The position numbers and the translations under genes are program-made. A stretch of DNA of 64,000 nucleotides from Ascoidea asiatica JCM 7603 (Eukaryota > Fungi > Ascomycota), in assembly GCA_001600695.1 (NCBI GenBank), contig BCKQ01000011.1, positions 513,413-577,412 of the forward strand, read 5' to 3'. This document shows, piece after piece, positions 11,250 through 23,851 of this stretch (position 1 is its first letter; every line of letters starts with the position of its first letter). The notes under the pieces are model-generated. The model made no database searches and was not told where the DNA came from. It saw only the letters and a list, made by a program, of their open reading frames with translations.

Positions 11250-14200
11250 ATGGAAATGAACGAAGACAAAGATCCAGATTTAACTAATCAAAATCCCATT
11301 GATGACACTTCATCTTTTAAAAAAACAAGTAATGTCAAAGAGCCAATTGAAAATATACAAAATGATCAAAAAAATGATTATAATAATGATCAAAACTCAC
11401 TAATTGAAGGTGGAAAAATTTCAATTGAGAATGATCAAGAACAACAAAGTCAATCATCTGAAATTATTAACAATGATTCATTAGAAGGAGCTAAAGAAAA
11501 CAAAGAAACTGAAAAAACTGAAGAAACTGAAGAAAATAACAATAATGAACAAATTAAAGAATCAAAACATATTCCAATTTCAATTTCAAATAACAATAAC
11601 AATTTATCAAATCTTCAATTAATTAAAAATATTTCAAATGGTCCTTATTTTATTAAAAATTTATTAAATTCAGATAATTTTAATTCAATAACTAAAAATA
11701 ATAATTTAACTTGTATTCAATCTTATTTAAATAATATTTATATTGGTACTAAATCTTCTCAAATTTTTCATTATTATAAATTAAATAATGAATCAACTTA
11801 TATTTTAATCTCAAAAACTGATTTCAATTCAATCAATTCAAATGATAATGATTCAACTATATCAAATGATATTACTAATAATAATAATAATAATAAATCT
11901 AATTCATCAAAAATTAAAAAAAAATCAAAACAAATTAAATTAAAACCAATTTTAAAAATTATAATTTTACCTTCAATAAATAAAATTGCAATACAATCTG
12001 GTTCAATAATTAATTTTTTTTTATTACCTGAATTATCTCCTGCAAATATTGGTAAATTAAAAGATATTAATGATTTTCATTTATTTAATAATAATAATTT
12101 AATTTTATATCATAAAAAATTAATTAGAATTGTTAAAATTACAAATAATTCTATAAAATTATTAAAAGATATTAATTATCCAAATGTTACTAAAGGTAAA
12201 TCAAATTCAAATTATTCTTTAGTTTCAAATAATTTAAATTATGATTTAATTGATTTAAATAATTTTCAAAAAATTCCTTTATTTCCAATTTATGGTGATC
12301 AAAATAATCAATCTAATTCTTCTACTGATAATAAAAATGATAATATTCCTGAAATTCAAGATAAATTATCTGATGATAATAATAATAATAGTACTACTAC
12401 TAATCAACATAATAAATTAAAAAATAAAACTTCATTGAAACCATTGATAAAAATAATTAATGAAAATGAATTTTTAGTCAGTTCTTCAACTGGTTCAAAT
12501 TCTTCTGATCCTTCAATGGGTTTATCAATAAACTTAAATGGTGATATATCAAGAGGTACAATTGCTTGGCCTTCTTATCCACTAAATTTTGAAATAGATT
12601 TTCCCTACACGATTTCAATTTTCAATTCAAACAATTCGAATCATTCAAATAATTCAAACTCTAATCAAATTTTAATCAATTCCTTATATGATTTAAATTT
12701 ATCTCAATCTATTCAATTTAATAACTCAATAGATGAAATTTTAATTGGTAAAACTTTTAAGAAATTTCAATTTCAACTAGATTCATCAAATCTAAATAAT
12801 AATGATGATCCTATAAAAGATTCATTAATTGATTCTAATAATGATTCAGATTCAAATTTATTGAAATTATCTTCAATAATCTTAAAATTACAAATTAATT
12901 CATTTTTCTTGAATTTAAATGATTTAATAAAGTTTAAAAATCAATGTTTCAAAAAAAATTCAAATTTCAAAAATTTAATTTATAATAATGATAGTTTCAC
13001 TAAAATCAATAAAATTAATAATAAACTTTTATACAATCAATTTATAATATCAAATAATTTATCAATAAAAATCTTTTTAAATAATTTTTCAAATATTCTA
13101 ATATACGGTAAACAAATTGGTATAAATGTATTATTTAAAAAACCTTTTTTAATTAATTCAATAGATTCTTTGAATATTTTATTAAATGATTTAAAATCGA
13201 CAAATTCAAATTTTGTAAATAAAAATAAAAATAATTTAAATAATGATATAAGTAACTCAAATAAAATTAATGAACTAATTTTCAATTTCGAAGAGGAATT
13301 CAATACATTTTTAAATAAATTTAAAATCTTTTTATCAAATAACAAAAACCCTGAAAATAAAATTGAATATTATTTAAATCAAGATAATTCAATTATTTTA
13401 AAAAATTTTGCTATTTTGAATGATAATAATAATTTGATTTTATTATCAGATAAGATTAAAAAAATCAATGAGATTGAAAACTCAAAAAGTGATCAAAATA
13501 ATGAAAAAATATATCAGCATAACAATGAAAGTAGTTCATCTTCAAATACTGATGATCAAAACATATCATTAAATTCTACTGATCTAAATAATGGTGATGA
13601 TTCAATAGAAATTCAATTTTTACATTTTGATTTTTTACAAAATTTTATAAGTTTATTATACGTTTTGATTAGTTCATATTCTACAAATCCTTCAATAATT
13701 GATAAATTATTCAATTTTTGGACTGAATTTCATTTTCCAATAAATTGCTTATCTTTCACTAACTTTAATGAATTTGAAACAAAGTTTTCAGCTTTATTAT
13801 TCCAATTAAATTTTACTTTAGATCCAAGAATTTTAATTCACATAAACTTGAAATTATCAATGCTTGAAAAGAAAAATCTTGTTAGTAATTTAAAACTAGT
13901 GAAAGACAAGCAGTTAAGAGTTGAAAAGGAGAAAGAACTTTCCAATTTTTTCAATATTAATGACTGCATTGACTGTTTAGATTTATCAAATGTTCATATA
14001 TATAATCCATTTCTTGAAATTATTGATGTCTTTTTGAAAAGATTTCAACTGAAACTACAAAAGAATGAAAACGAACCAATTTATAATAAATTCTCAAACT
14101 ATTACAAACTAATATTACATGATTGGTTAAACAAATCAAAAGACTTAATTGATTCATATAATAAATTATTAGATGGTCAGCGGTATAAAATATATGATTT

Positions 14201-16094
14201 AAAACTTGAGCAAATCAAACTTATTTCAAAAACAGTTGAAATTGCTTTATTCTTACAATTATTAAAAGAGGTTCAGAATACCAAAGATGTCAATAATAGT
14301 GAACTCAAAAGTTTCCTAAAAAATAACATTCACTATTCAAAAAGTGAAGTACTTAAAATCCTTGAGAAAACTGAAAAGTTTGATTATATTATCGAGTTTT
14401 TAGAACACAAAAATGAAATTAATAACTATCAATATTGGGATATAATATTCAACTCAATTGAATCCTCAAGTGGTGAATCGAGAATTATTTTAACAATTAA
14501 ACTAGAAGGAAAAATTCAAAAGCTACTTGACTTTTTTACCTCTTCAAAAGAAGTGGATATCGAAATTTTATACAAGATAATGCATAATATAATATTGAAA
14601 AAGAAGTATATAGAGAATTATAAAGAGTTAATCATAAAAATAATTTTAACCAAAGGTGTTATTAATACAATTGAAAAAGAAAAAGCATTTGAAATATTAG
14701 AATGTTTTGAAAGTAGTTCTAGAAAAATAATCAAAGAGATAGACAGATCTCATATAAATCAAAAGACAAAAGTAATTAATTATGAGAGATTAGATTCTCA
14801 TGATGCAAAAATTATATATTTGGAAGCCTTGATGAAAACTGATAGTCAGTTAGATTTAACTTCAGACATTAAAAATGATTTACTTAAAGAATATGTGAGA
14901 TATATAACTAACATTATAAAAAAAGAAGAAGAAGCTAAAATGGGTTCAAAAGAGCCTCCAAAAACCCCAGTACAGGAACAATCAACTCTCGACAGTTGGT
15001 TTAGAAGAAACCCCAAGCATAAGAGTCCAAAACAATCACGCAGATTATCTGATGATAGTGCTTCAAATCTGGAGAATATGAAAACTGGAAACTTTCTTCC
15101 CGAAGATAAATTTAAAATCAATTATATCTTTGGAAACATAATACAGAAATATAAGGATAAAAATGATACAATTCCAAAAGAATCATTTCTTGAATATTTA
15201 AAATTGGAAAATGAAATTTTAGGTAAGAAACAATACGGATTTCAATTGAGAAGTTCAATGGAAGATCATAATGAAGATTTTAGAAGCTATAAAAATGTTT
15301 TGAAATTCATTGATTATTTCTTTCGGATAACGGATTTCATTTATTTTAATATTGATACAGATTCATTTGAGGACAAAATATTAGAAAATTATCGAATGGA
15401 AATTTTCAATAGAAGTTATAAGTTTCAGGATATTGAAATTTTGGATAATTTACTCGATATTTACAAGAGGTTATATCCATTAAAGGAATTTTTCAATTAT
15501 ATATTGATTGTTATTGATTTTAAGTTAAAAAATTATGATGAAGTTGTAGATAAATTATTTGAAATGAATGATTTTAATACAGTTGAAAATTTTGCTTCTT
15601 GTAATGGAGAATCTTTGGATATAATATCTTTTAAAGACAATAAATATGATGATGATGATGAAGAAAAAACACTTAATAATGATAATGAAGATGACATAAA
15701 AGAACAAGGAAATACTAAAATAGAAAAATACGAAAATTATTCTGAAAAACATTTAGATATTGAAATTGAAAATGAAGATAATCTAGATATAAAAATATTA
15801 AGAAAGCATTTGTTTACAAAAATTTTTGATAATTATATTGAAAAGCTAAAATTGAAAGAAGATGATGAAAAGCAAGAAGAAAAAATTGAATTAGTTGAAA
15901 ATTTTTTATTTTACTATACATATGAATTAAATATTTCTAGAGTTTTAAAAGAATTACCAGATGAAATTTCAGTTAAATTTTTAAGTAAAATTTTAATTAA
16001 AAGTATTTTAAATGTTAATAATAGATATAATATGAGTGTGATAAAGAAAAATTTAGCCAGAAGTGAATTGAATTTATATAAAGATTTTCTATAG
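11250..16094 (+). CDS. VPS3: CORVET subunit Vps3 / TGFBRAP1-like (CNH domain plus alpha-solenoid) with Asn-rich insertions
   Basis: NNIYIGT, FLLPELSP, GDISRGTIAWPSYP..DFPY CNH motifs; C-terminal VLKELPDEISV...IKKNLARSE typical of the Vps3/Vps39 family. Confidence 0.75.
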   Translation: MEMNEDKDPDLTNQNPIDDTSSFKKTSNVKEPIENIQNDQKNDYNNDQNSLIEGGKISIENDQEQQSQSSEIINNDSLEGAKENKETEKTEETEENNNNEQIKESKHIPISISNNNNNLSNLQLIKNISNGPYFIKNLLNSDNFNSITKNNNLTCIQSYLNNIYIGTKSSQIFHYYKLNNESTYILISKTDFNSINSNDNDSTISNDITNNNNNNKSNSSKIKKKSKQIKLKPILKIIILPSINKIAIQSGSIINFFLLPELSPANIGKLKDINDFHLFNNNNLILYHKKLIRIVKITNNSIKLLKDINYPNVTKGKSNSNYSLVSNNLNYDLIDLNNFQKIPLFPIYGDQNNQSNSSTDNKNDNIPEIQDKLSDDNNNNSTTTNQHNKLKNKTSLKPLIKIINENEFLVSSSTGSNSSDPSMGLSINLNGDISRGTIAWPSYPLNFEIDFPYTISIFNSNNSNHSNNSNSNQILINSLYDLNLSQSIQFNNSIDEILIGKTFKKFQFQLDSSNLNNNDDPIKDSLIDSNNDSDSNLLKLSSIILKLQINSFFLNLNDLIKFKNQCFKKNSNFKNLIYNNDSFTKINKINNKLLYNQFIISNNLSIKIFLNNFSNILIYGKQIGINVLFKKPFLINSIDSLNILLNDLKSTNSNFVNKNKNNLNNDISNSNKINELIFNFEEEFNTFLNKFKIFLSNNKNPENKIEYYLNQDNSIILKNFAILNDNNNLILLSDKIKKINEIENSKSDQNNEKIYQHNNESSSSSNTDDQNISLNSTDLNNGDDSIEIQFLHFDFLQNFISLLYVLISSYSTNPSIIDKLFNFWTEFHFPINCLSFTNFNEFETKFSALLFQLNFTLDPRILIHINLKLSMLEKKNLVSNLKLVKDKQLRVEKEKELSNFFNINDCIDCLDLSNVHIYNPFLEIIDVFLKRFQLKLQKNENEPIYNKFSNYYKLILHDWLNKSKDLIDSYNKLLDGQRYKIYDLKLEQIKLISKTVEIALFLQLLKEVQNTKDVNNSELKSFLKNNIHYSKSEVLKILEKTEKFDYIIEFLEHKNEINNYQYWDIIFNSIESSSGESRIILTIKLEGKIQKLLDFFTSSKEVDIEILYKIMHNIILKKKYIENYKELIIKIILTKGVINTIEKEKAFEILECFESSSRKIIKEIDRSHINQKTKVINYERLDSHDAKIIYLEALMKTDSQLDLTSDIKNDLLKEYVRYITNIIKKEEEAKMGSKEPPKTPVQEQSTLDSWFRRNPKHKSPKQSRRLSDDSASNLENMKTGNFLPEDKFKINYIFGNIIQKYKDKNDTIPKESFLEYLKLENEILGKKQYGFQLRSSMEDHNEDFRSYKNVLKFIDYFFRITDFIYFNIDTDSFEDKILENYRMEIFNRSYKFQDIEILDNLLDIYKRLYPLKEFFNYILIVIDFKLKNYDEVVDKLFEMNDFNTVENFASCNGESLDIISFKDNKYDDDDEEKTLNNDNEDDIKEQGNTKIEKYENYSEKHLDIEIENEDNLDIKILRKHLFTKIFDNYIEKLKLKEDDEKQEEKIELVENFLFYYTYELNISRVLKELPDEISVKFLSKILIKSILNVNNRYNMSVIKKNLARSELNLYKDFL

Positions 16095-16334
16095 TTTAAA
16101 GAATTAAGTAATAATATCAAATAATTTGGAACATTGAAAATTATAAATTATAAATAAAACAAGGACCATGGAAATTGAAATTTATGAATTTTGAAAAAAT
16201 GAAAATGATGAGTATTATACAAAACAAACCAGAACAAAAAGGGTGAAAAAAAAAATCTAAGTTTCAAAAAGAGAAAAAAGTAAAAGTTTTAATGATTTTT
16301 GATAAAAAGATAATTTAAGTTAAGTTAGATTAGA

Positions 16335-17291
16335 CTAAGATAAATGCTCCACAACAAAATCAAAAGCAGTTATACCAGCTGCGTTTGCTGGAAAACTTCT
16401 CATAATTGAAGGTACAAAACCTTTAAAAAACCCCTTTAAACCTCTATTTTTGTATACAAATCTAATTACAATTGGAATATTATTTTTGAATTTTGGATTT
16501 TTGATATTATCGGTCATTATAATTTGTCTTATTACATCAGCTGGATAACCAATTGACCAAAATACAATTGAAGATAAACCACCAGCCCAGAAATTAATTG
16601 AAATTTTAGATAAATTAGTATTATTAGTAAAATAATTTTTGAAATACTCATAAGAACCCCACCAAGAGGCAGAATTTGTTCTAAATAATAAAGTTGAAGG
16701 TAAACCAGAATATAAACCTTTAATACCATTTAGTTTATAGATTGTTTTAACACAATCTATTGGACCATTGAATTTTTTTGAATGAGAATCATATTGAATT
16801 TGTAATCTTGATTTGATTTGTTCTAAAGGAGCTGCAATAAAAGAAACAGTCCAACCACTTAAAGCACCAGCCATACAATGACCAATTATTGGTAAATTAT
16901 TATTATTAAAATTTCTTTGATCGGAATTTCTTAAGTTAAAAACATTATCATATAGTAGTTTTCTATAAGTATGTAAAGTACCTAAAGTTACACAATCCAT
17001 CATAATCCAAGATAATAAAGAAGGAGATACACCTTTATAAAAACCTTTTGCACCTTCATTTTGAAAAGTTTTTAAAGCTGCATCAAGTGGATTTTTGAAT
17101 CTATTTTCAGAAGTTTGCATTCTAACTTTTATTGTATCAAATGGATGACCAACTATAGTTTCTGAAGCTCCATAGAATATTCCACCAATAAATGAAACAT
17201 AACCAGGATGAATATTATTATCATCTTTTAATTTTTTATTCTTTTCAATTTCTAAAATATTGGTTACTGTTTCATTTTGATATTCAGCCAT
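16335..17291 (-). CDS. Mitochondrial carrier, carnitine/YMC-like amino-acid carrier group
   Basis: Three Px[DE]xx[KR] signatures (PFDTIK, PLEQIK, PADVIR), SFPANA. Confidence 0.9.
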   Translation of the reverse strand: MAEYQNETVTNILEIEKNKKLKDDNNIHPGYVSFIGGIFYGASETIVGHPFDTIKVRMQTSENRFKNPLDAALKTFQNEGAKGFYKGVSPSLLSWIMMDCVTLGTLHTYRKLLYDNVFNLRNSDQRNFNNNNLPIIGHCMAGALSGWTVSFIAAPLEQIKSRLQIQYDSHSKKFNGPIDCVKTIYKLNGIKGLYSGLPSTLLFRTNSASWWGSYEYFKNYFTNNTNLSKISINFWAGGLSSIVFWSIGYPADVIRQIIMTDNIKNPKFKNNIPIVIRFVYKNRGLKGFFKGFVPSIMRSFPANAAGITAFDFVVEHLS

Positions 17292-18220
17292 TTTTTAAAA
17301 AATGTAGAGTAAATGAATTGCAAATTGAAAAGTAAATTGAAAAAAACAAATTTGAAAAATAAGATTAAATTTCTATATCAAGATATAAAACATTTAAGTT
17401 ATTCAATAGTTTAAATGAGTAATTATCAATAAAGGAATATTAATTTAAATAAATATAATAAAAATGAATTTAAATAAATATGAATAAACTTGAATCAAAA
17501 CACTAAAAAGAGAATGAATTCAACCAAAAAGTGATAAAGTGATGAATTAATTGATAACGTAAAAAAGGTGTATTTTGAATGAAGAAATTGAAACTTAAAT
17601 AGGCGAAACTAAGATAATTTAATCATGAATGATTTAACCATGAATGATAAATACTGTCTTTCTGATTTTGAATTAGCTCATAGTGATTGTTAGGTTAGTA
17701 AATTAATTAGTGGTTATTGTGATTAATGGTGAATATTTCGTTCCAAATTCATAAAAGAAGCCTATTGCAACTCATTCATTCATTTCGCAGTTTATGCCAA
17801 TCAAAGACTGCTTCTCACGCCAAACCACGTTGCGCGCATTTTCCAGCGGCGGGATCCCTTTCCCGGCCCGCAGAGCTTCCACAATTCTGGCCTCTATTAT
17901 TTTAATACCACTGGTGTGGATCTTGTTGATATTCTTTATATCAGTGTATTTCTGCTTGGATTTGCATACTACTATGTCATAATGCATTTTGTTTTTCCAA
18001 TAAGAGCCCTAATGCTTTCCAATGCTGAAATATGTGTCTAAACAGTCTCTCCGTCTTATCTAGAAGATCTGCTGCAATTGACGTTTTTCCGTATTCGGTA
18101 CCACTTTTAGGGGTCTCCTCCTACAAATTGCCCAATTAAACCCTGAATTTAGTTTTACAAAATATATTATTTATTTTATATTATTTATATACTTTGAATT
18201 ATTCCCATTTGAAATATAAG

Positions 18221-19993
18221 TTATTCTTTTTGAGTGAAATATTCATATTCGTAACTTGCATTTATAAGTTCTTTGATATTTTCATCATTATTAGTTTTAG
18301 TAAAACATTTTTCAATTAATTCCGGATCTCTTGGTTCCAAAATAATATTGAATGCCTTTGGTGCATATGTTTGAGCTTTTGTATCTTTACAATATGTTTT
18401 ATAATTCAAATCAAGTTTATCATCTTTTGAGCTTGGTTTAACTTTAAATAATAATAATAATCTTGCAAAAAATGCAAATAATATTCTATTGGATAATAGC
18501 ATTCCAGGACAAACTCTACCACCTGCTCCAAATGTGAAATGATATGGAGGTTTATTGAAATTATAATTATTTAAAGAACCATCATTTTCTTTATCTAACC
18601 ATCTTTCAGGTTTAAATTCTTCAACATCATTTCCAAAATGATTTTTATCATGATTAATTGATTGAATATTTAATATAACTGTTATACCTTTTGGAATATT
18701 AACAATTTCACCTTCTTCAGTTTTATAATCAAAGCTTTTCATTGTTTTTCTTGGAGGACATAATGGTATAACTGCATAATGTCTTAAAGTTTCTTTAATT
18801 AATGAACATATAAATGGGCATTTTTCTTCAATTGTTATTAAATCCCAAATTTCTTCAATATTTTTAATATTTTCATTATTATAAACTTTTAAAATTTCTT
18901 CATATGCTTTATTTTGCCAAATTTCTCCATTTTTATTAAATGTTAATTGTGCTAATAAAATTGTAGTTATACTTGCTAAAGTTTCAAATCCTCCACTTAC
19001 TAATGAAACACAAATACTTTTTATATCTTCAGTATTTAAATCTTTATTTAAATTATTAACAAAACAAAATTTATTTTCTTTTTCTTTTTCTTTAATATTA
19101 TTATCAATTGCTTTATTTAATAAATCATTTAACCAAACATCTCTTTTATTTGAATAAATTGAAGCTTCTTTTGATCTTTTATTTGGTAAAATTCTAAGTA
19201 AAGGTATATAATCAATTAAATTATTATTCGTTGATCTATAGGTTGAAATATGAGAAACTAATTCTAAAATTTCATTTAATAAATTTGTTTCAATATTATC
19301 AAATCTAGTTGAATAACAAAACATTGTTGTAACATTTAATGACATTCTTTGACAAAATTTATATGGATTAACCTTATTATTATTAGAAGAATATTTATAT
19401 AAATCTCTTAAAATTGAAAAAGATTCAATATTTACAAAATTTTTTAAATCTTTTGAAATTTTTGTTCTTGTCATAAATTTATTAATATTCAATCTTCTTT
19501 TTGAACAAGATTTATTCCATGGCATTGTACCAACAGTTAAACCTTGAGTAATTGATAAAAATTTATGAAAAGTATAAAAAATTGGTCTATCTATTAAATT
19601 GAACTGATTTTTAATTAAAAAATTATAACCAGAATTGAAATTATTTAAAATTAAAATTCTTTCATAACCAAATTTAACTTGAACTAAATCTTTATTTTTT
19701 GAAATATTTTGTAAAATTGTTGAATGATCATTTTTTAATAATTTTAAATGTCCAAAAAATGGTTTAATTCCATTTGGCTGATAAATTCCTTTAATCTTAG
19801 AAAAATTTGAACCAAATGCCTGATCATATAGTTTATAAATTGAATAAAAAATTAAGAAAATAAAACTTGAATTTAAAATTATTGAATTCAATTCTTTATT
19901 ATTTATTATATCATTTATTGTATTATTATTCTTAAAAGTATTCTCAAGATAATTAGATGAATTCTTAAATTCTTTAATAATTAATTCAATCAT
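18221..19993 (-). CDS. Cytochrome P450, CYP504-like (phenylacetate 2-hydroxylase clan)
   Basis: DRPIFYTFH, GLTVGTMPWNKSCSKRR (PhacA-like), SGGFET I-helix, KETLR, PERW, FGAGGRVCPG heme motif, N-terminal TM helix. Confidence 0.88.
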   Translation of the reverse strand: MIELIIKEFKNSSNYLENTFKNNNTINDIINNKELNSIILNSSFIFLIFYSIYKLYDQAFGSNFSKIKGIYQPNGIKPFFGHLKLLKNDHSTILQNISKNKDLVQVKFGYERILILNNFNSGYNFLIKNQFNLIDRPIFYTFHKFLSITQGLTVGTMPWNKSCSKRRLNINKFMTRTKISKDLKNFVNIESFSILRDLYKYSSNNNKVNPYKFCQRMSLNVTTMFCYSTRFDNIETNLLNEILELVSHISTYRSTNNNLIDYIPLLRILPNKRSKEASIYSNKRDVWLNDLLNKAIDNNIKEKEKENKFCFVNNLNKDLNTEDIKSICVSLVSGGFETLASITTILLAQLTFNKNGEIWQNKAYEEILKVYNNENIKNIEEIWDLITIEEKCPFICSLIKETLRHYAVIPLCPPRKTMKSFDYKTEEGEIVNIPKGITVILNIQSINHDKNHFGNDVEEFKPERWLDKENDGSLNNYNFNKPPYHFTFGAGGRVCPGMLLSNRILFAFFARLLLLFKVKPSSKDDKLDLNYKTYCKDTKAQTYAPKAFNIILEPRDPELIEKCFTKTNNDENIKELINASYEYEYFTQKE

Positions 19994-21345
19994 CTTTTCA
20001 CTGAGATTTGCATATACAGTATATAATAAAAATTAGATTGAATCAAAAGAAATGATTTAATTTAAATGAAGCCATTTGAAAAAAAGTATAAACAGGATTA
20101 AAAAGAATAGCAAAGATATTTATATATATAACTAATTTACCCCATTGAATCATCATATTTCTCTAGTACATTAATTATTAAATAACCATAAATCTCGATG
20201 AAATATTTAATATTCAATCATAAAGGACTTTTGTATAGTCTTTATACACAGAGTTTAAGAGTGGTAAAATAGAACGATCCGATATTTGTGGGGACAAGAA
20301 CGGTAAAATGCGACACCAAACAAATCAAGCACAAATCAAATATAAATCAAAATAAAGATCCAGGCAGAAATCAAACAAAATTCAGCTGACATCAGCTCAG
20401 ATCAAACACAAATTCTGGTGAACAAGGTTGAGAAGAAATAAATATAAATAGTCAAAAAATTAGTTTTGCTAAGGCTTCATAAAGTTTCCTTCAGCTTCCT
20501 CAAGTTCATTGCGGTTTATTAGAGGTTACTCGTTTCTAAAGGAAAAATCCTATTCAAAAGCTTAGGCTAAATCCGAAAAAGCTTGTATTCTCAGTTACTC
20601 AGGTTAATCTTGGGTAGATTATCACTTATCATAAGAAACATAAAAGAAGTAACTTAAATGAAAAAAACGAATCATAAATAAAAAAGTGCAATGATTCGAT
20701 TAGTTCTTAATACCTGCTGATAAAGAAGAAAATGAGATTTGGAAAAACCGACGCCAGCTTGCTGGAAGCTTTGGTCGCAGTAACAGTCGGAAAAAACCTG
20801 AATAGGAAATGCTTTTCGACCTGACTTTGGGCGGGAGCTTAAACCTTATTAGGATTTATGGCATACGAATGCATATATTTAGGGATGGGAAAATGACCCG
20901 AAGTGAGCTTTGAATGTCCCGAATATTTTTGGTGTTCCCGTTCATGTTACGCAGCGCCATTATCAACGCATTAAGTGCCCCAACAATTTACCAATAATTA
21001 GCCACTTTTGTAGAAACGGGGTGGTCAAAAAGGCTGGATTCTGGTGGCGCACGCGTTGCACTGCCGCTTCTTCATTTTCTTCGTTTTTCGCTTCTTTTCT
21101 GGTGAGTATTTTCTCAGTATTCTCTCTGTGGCGAGGGCCTAGGATTTGGGCTTTTTTGAATCAATACTAGTGACTGAAATTTTATTTTTAACGTTAACTT
21201 ACTCATACTCTTTCACTCAATCAATCATTATATTAAATTTTATTTCTATTTGAACTTAATATTTTTTTGTACCTGAAATTATTTTCAAAGAAAAGATACT
21301 ATATTATAATATATTTCAAAAGTTAATTGAATTCAATCTTGAAAA

Positions 21346-23529
21346 ATGGATTCATCTTCAAACGAAAAAAGCTCTTCTCCAATTCACAAATCTGAAGGTC
21401 TCTCACAGGTGCCCAGTAGTGATATTGAAAATGATACTGATCTTTACTTAGAAAGAGATATTCTTGATCAAGATCTAGAAAGTGATGAAAGTAGTGAAAG
21501 TAATGAAAATGGTGTTACTGATGTAACAGGTAAATCTTCTAAACCTAGTAAAAATGGTGATAGTAATCAAAGTGGTCAACTTAAACGTGAAATCAATTTA
21601 TCCGATATCTTGGATAATGATAATGACATTGATCTTGATATTGATATAGATAATAAAATAAATAACAAGAAAAGTAAAAAGGCCAATAAAGAAAATGAAG
21701 AAGAAGAAGATGATGATGACGATGAGAATTTAGATAAATATTGTGTGGAATGTACTGATATGCCAATAGAAGTTTATTGTGAAAATTGTGATGAAAAATT
21801 TTGTAGAATTTGTTTTAAATTAATTCATAATTCTGGTAAAAGAGGTAAACATTCAATAAAAGTAATTGGTAATAATAGTGCTTTAGATAATCTAGATAGG
21901 GAAAATCAAAATTTCAATCATAATAATATTAATAATAATAATAAAAGTAATAATAATAGCAATAATATTGATGATAATTTTGATAAATATACTCAAGAGG
22001 AATTAGCCAAATTGGCTGAACCTTTAAATTTATCCTCAAACCCAAATAATTCTAAGAATAATAATAACAATGATGATATCACTAACTTTTTGTTAAAAAA
22101 TATTCAGTCTCAATCTCATTATATACCCCTAAGATTAAATGAAGAAGAAAGAAGTTTATTTAAATTATTAGATGCTGCTTTAAATGTTTCCGATTATACA
22201 AATAAAATTGATATATATTCATATACTTCAAAAGCAAAACGAATAGTAGCTCAATTAAAGGAATTATGTTCAATATTATGTGGTTTAGTAATTTCGAAAA
22301 ATTTTAAAATTGGATCGGAATTAATTTTAAATAAAAATTTCAAAGATAATGAATTTTTTTTCAAAAAAATATTTGAAATTGGTAGAAGATATAAAATTAT
22401 GAACCCAAATAAATTTAATGATAATTTTGGTAAGTTATCTTATATTATAATGGATTCAAGATTACCTGATGTTAAAAACTATATGGAATTTGATTTTTAC
22501 AAACCAATTTTAAATGTATTTGATTATTTGAATTCAAAAGATGATAAAAACATTTTGAATATTTTTAATGATTGTTTATTAATTAATGCCATTAGTGAAA
22601 TTTCTCCAATTGGTAAAACAAGAAATCAAATTCAAAAAGATATTCAAATTAAAGAATATTCAATTGAAAAATTATCAAAAAAATACTCAAATTATGATTC
22701 AAATTATGGTTTTTCTTCCGATGAAATTAAACAAGCTTTATATTCTTTAGCAGATTATCATTCTTATGTTAATTATAATAGAAAACCAATTGAAAGAATG
22801 ATAAAAAGATTAAAAAGATTTGATTATGATAATTCAAATAATAAAAAAACTATTGATCATTATTCTTTGACAATAAGATCTGGTAGAAATGGTTCAAGAT
22901 TATCTCATAAGCATAATAAACAATATGACTATGTTTTACAATCTTTAAATCTTTGGAGTACTATTCAAAAAGAAATGTTTTATCTCTGGAGTTTAGCTGA
23001 TGATGATTTATTCAATGAAAGTGTCATTTATAAATTAGTTCAAACTGGCCAAGGTTTAAATAGAGTTAAGTCTTGTCCAAATGTTTATAGATTAATGTCA
23101 AAAATTTTAAACGAAGTTCAAAAAAAATCTGGTTTTTGGATAGGTTCTTCTTATATTCATCTTGGTGATACAACTGTACCAAATGCTTTATTTTTTTTAG
23201 ATAAATATTTACAAGTTCCAAAAATCATCACTCCAATTGATAATCTTTTAATTAAACTTGAAGATGATTCAAACAAAGAAAGTTTTTATTATGATAAATT
23301 TTTGAAAGAAATGATTCAAAAAGAATATAATAGCTTTGATGAATTGGTTTTACATATAACTTCAGGTTTTTTCACTGAGGCATTCAATGGTAGTGGTGGG
23401 GAAGATTGGTTTAATGCTGGTAGTTGTATAGACGGTAGATTAACAAGTACATGGGAATGGGCTAACAGTATTCATAAGAAAGATTACTATAAGTTCTTCT
23501 TATTAGCGGGATTTAATGGCTTTAATTAA
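21346..23529 (+). CDS. UPF0652/DUF2009 protein with B-box-type zinc finger
   Basis: CVEC..CENCDEKFCRIC...H...H zinc finger; YIPLRL, ALNVSDYT, FEIGRRYKIMNP, GSCIDGRLTS.W.W motifs. Confidence 0.85.
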   Translation: MDSSSNEKSSSPIHKSEGLSQVPSSDIENDTDLYLERDILDQDLESDESSESNENGVTDVTGKSSKPSKNGDSNQSGQLKREINLSDILDNDNDIDLDIDIDNKINNKKSKKANKENEEEEDDDDDENLDKYCVECTDMPIEVYCENCDEKFCRICFKLIHNSGKRGKHSIKVIGNNSALDNLDRENQNFNHNNINNNNKSNNNSNNIDDNFDKYTQEELAKLAEPLNLSSNPNNSKNNNNNDDITNFLLKNIQSQSHYIPLRLNEEERSLFKLLDAALNVSDYTNKIDIYSYTSKAKRIVAQLKELCSILCGLVISKNFKIGSELILNKNFKDNEFFFKKIFEIGRRYKIMNPNKFNDNFGKLSYIIMDSRLPDVKNYMEFDFYKPILNVFDYLNSKDDKNILNIFNDCLLINAISEISPIGKTRNQIQKDIQIKEYSIEKLSKKYSNYDSNYGFSSDEIKQALYSLADYHSYVNYNRKPIERMIKRLKRFDYDNSNNKKTIDHYSLTIRSGRNGSRLSHKHNKQYDYVLQSLNLWSTIQKEMFYLWSLADDDLFNESVIYKLVQTGQGLNRVKSCPNVYRLMSKILNEVQKKSGFWIGSSYIHLGDTTVPNALFFLDKYLQVPKIITPIDNLLIKLEDDSNKESFYYDKFLKEMIQKEYNSFDELVLHITSGFFTEAFNGSGGEDWFNAGSCIDGRLTSTWEWANSIHKKDYYKFFLLAGFNGFN

Positions 23530-23851
23530 TTGAGCTATTTTCCATAATTTTCAAACCTTCTGGTTTTCTTTTCTCTTTTTTGCTTTATTTTTGATATAAA
23601 ATTAACTTATCTCTTTTTCTTTTTTTTTTACTTGGCTTTATAAATTGTTTTTTTTTTCATGCTTGTCAATTTCTATCAGTGCTGTTCGGAGTTTAAATAG
23701 AAGAGTTAACTTCAAATGATAGCTTGATGATTTAATTCCATTATAATATATAATTATAACATACTATAACTTTTAAAAAAAAGAAAAAAAAGTATTAAAA
23801 ACAAAAAAAAAGCAATATCTAATAAATTTTATTTTTTTTAATATAATCACT

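Noticed and set aside
13037-16120. Antisense ORFs inside VPS3 (and similar ones inside SCD6, vWA and LRR genes)
   Set aside because: Shadow frames of AT-rich coding sequence
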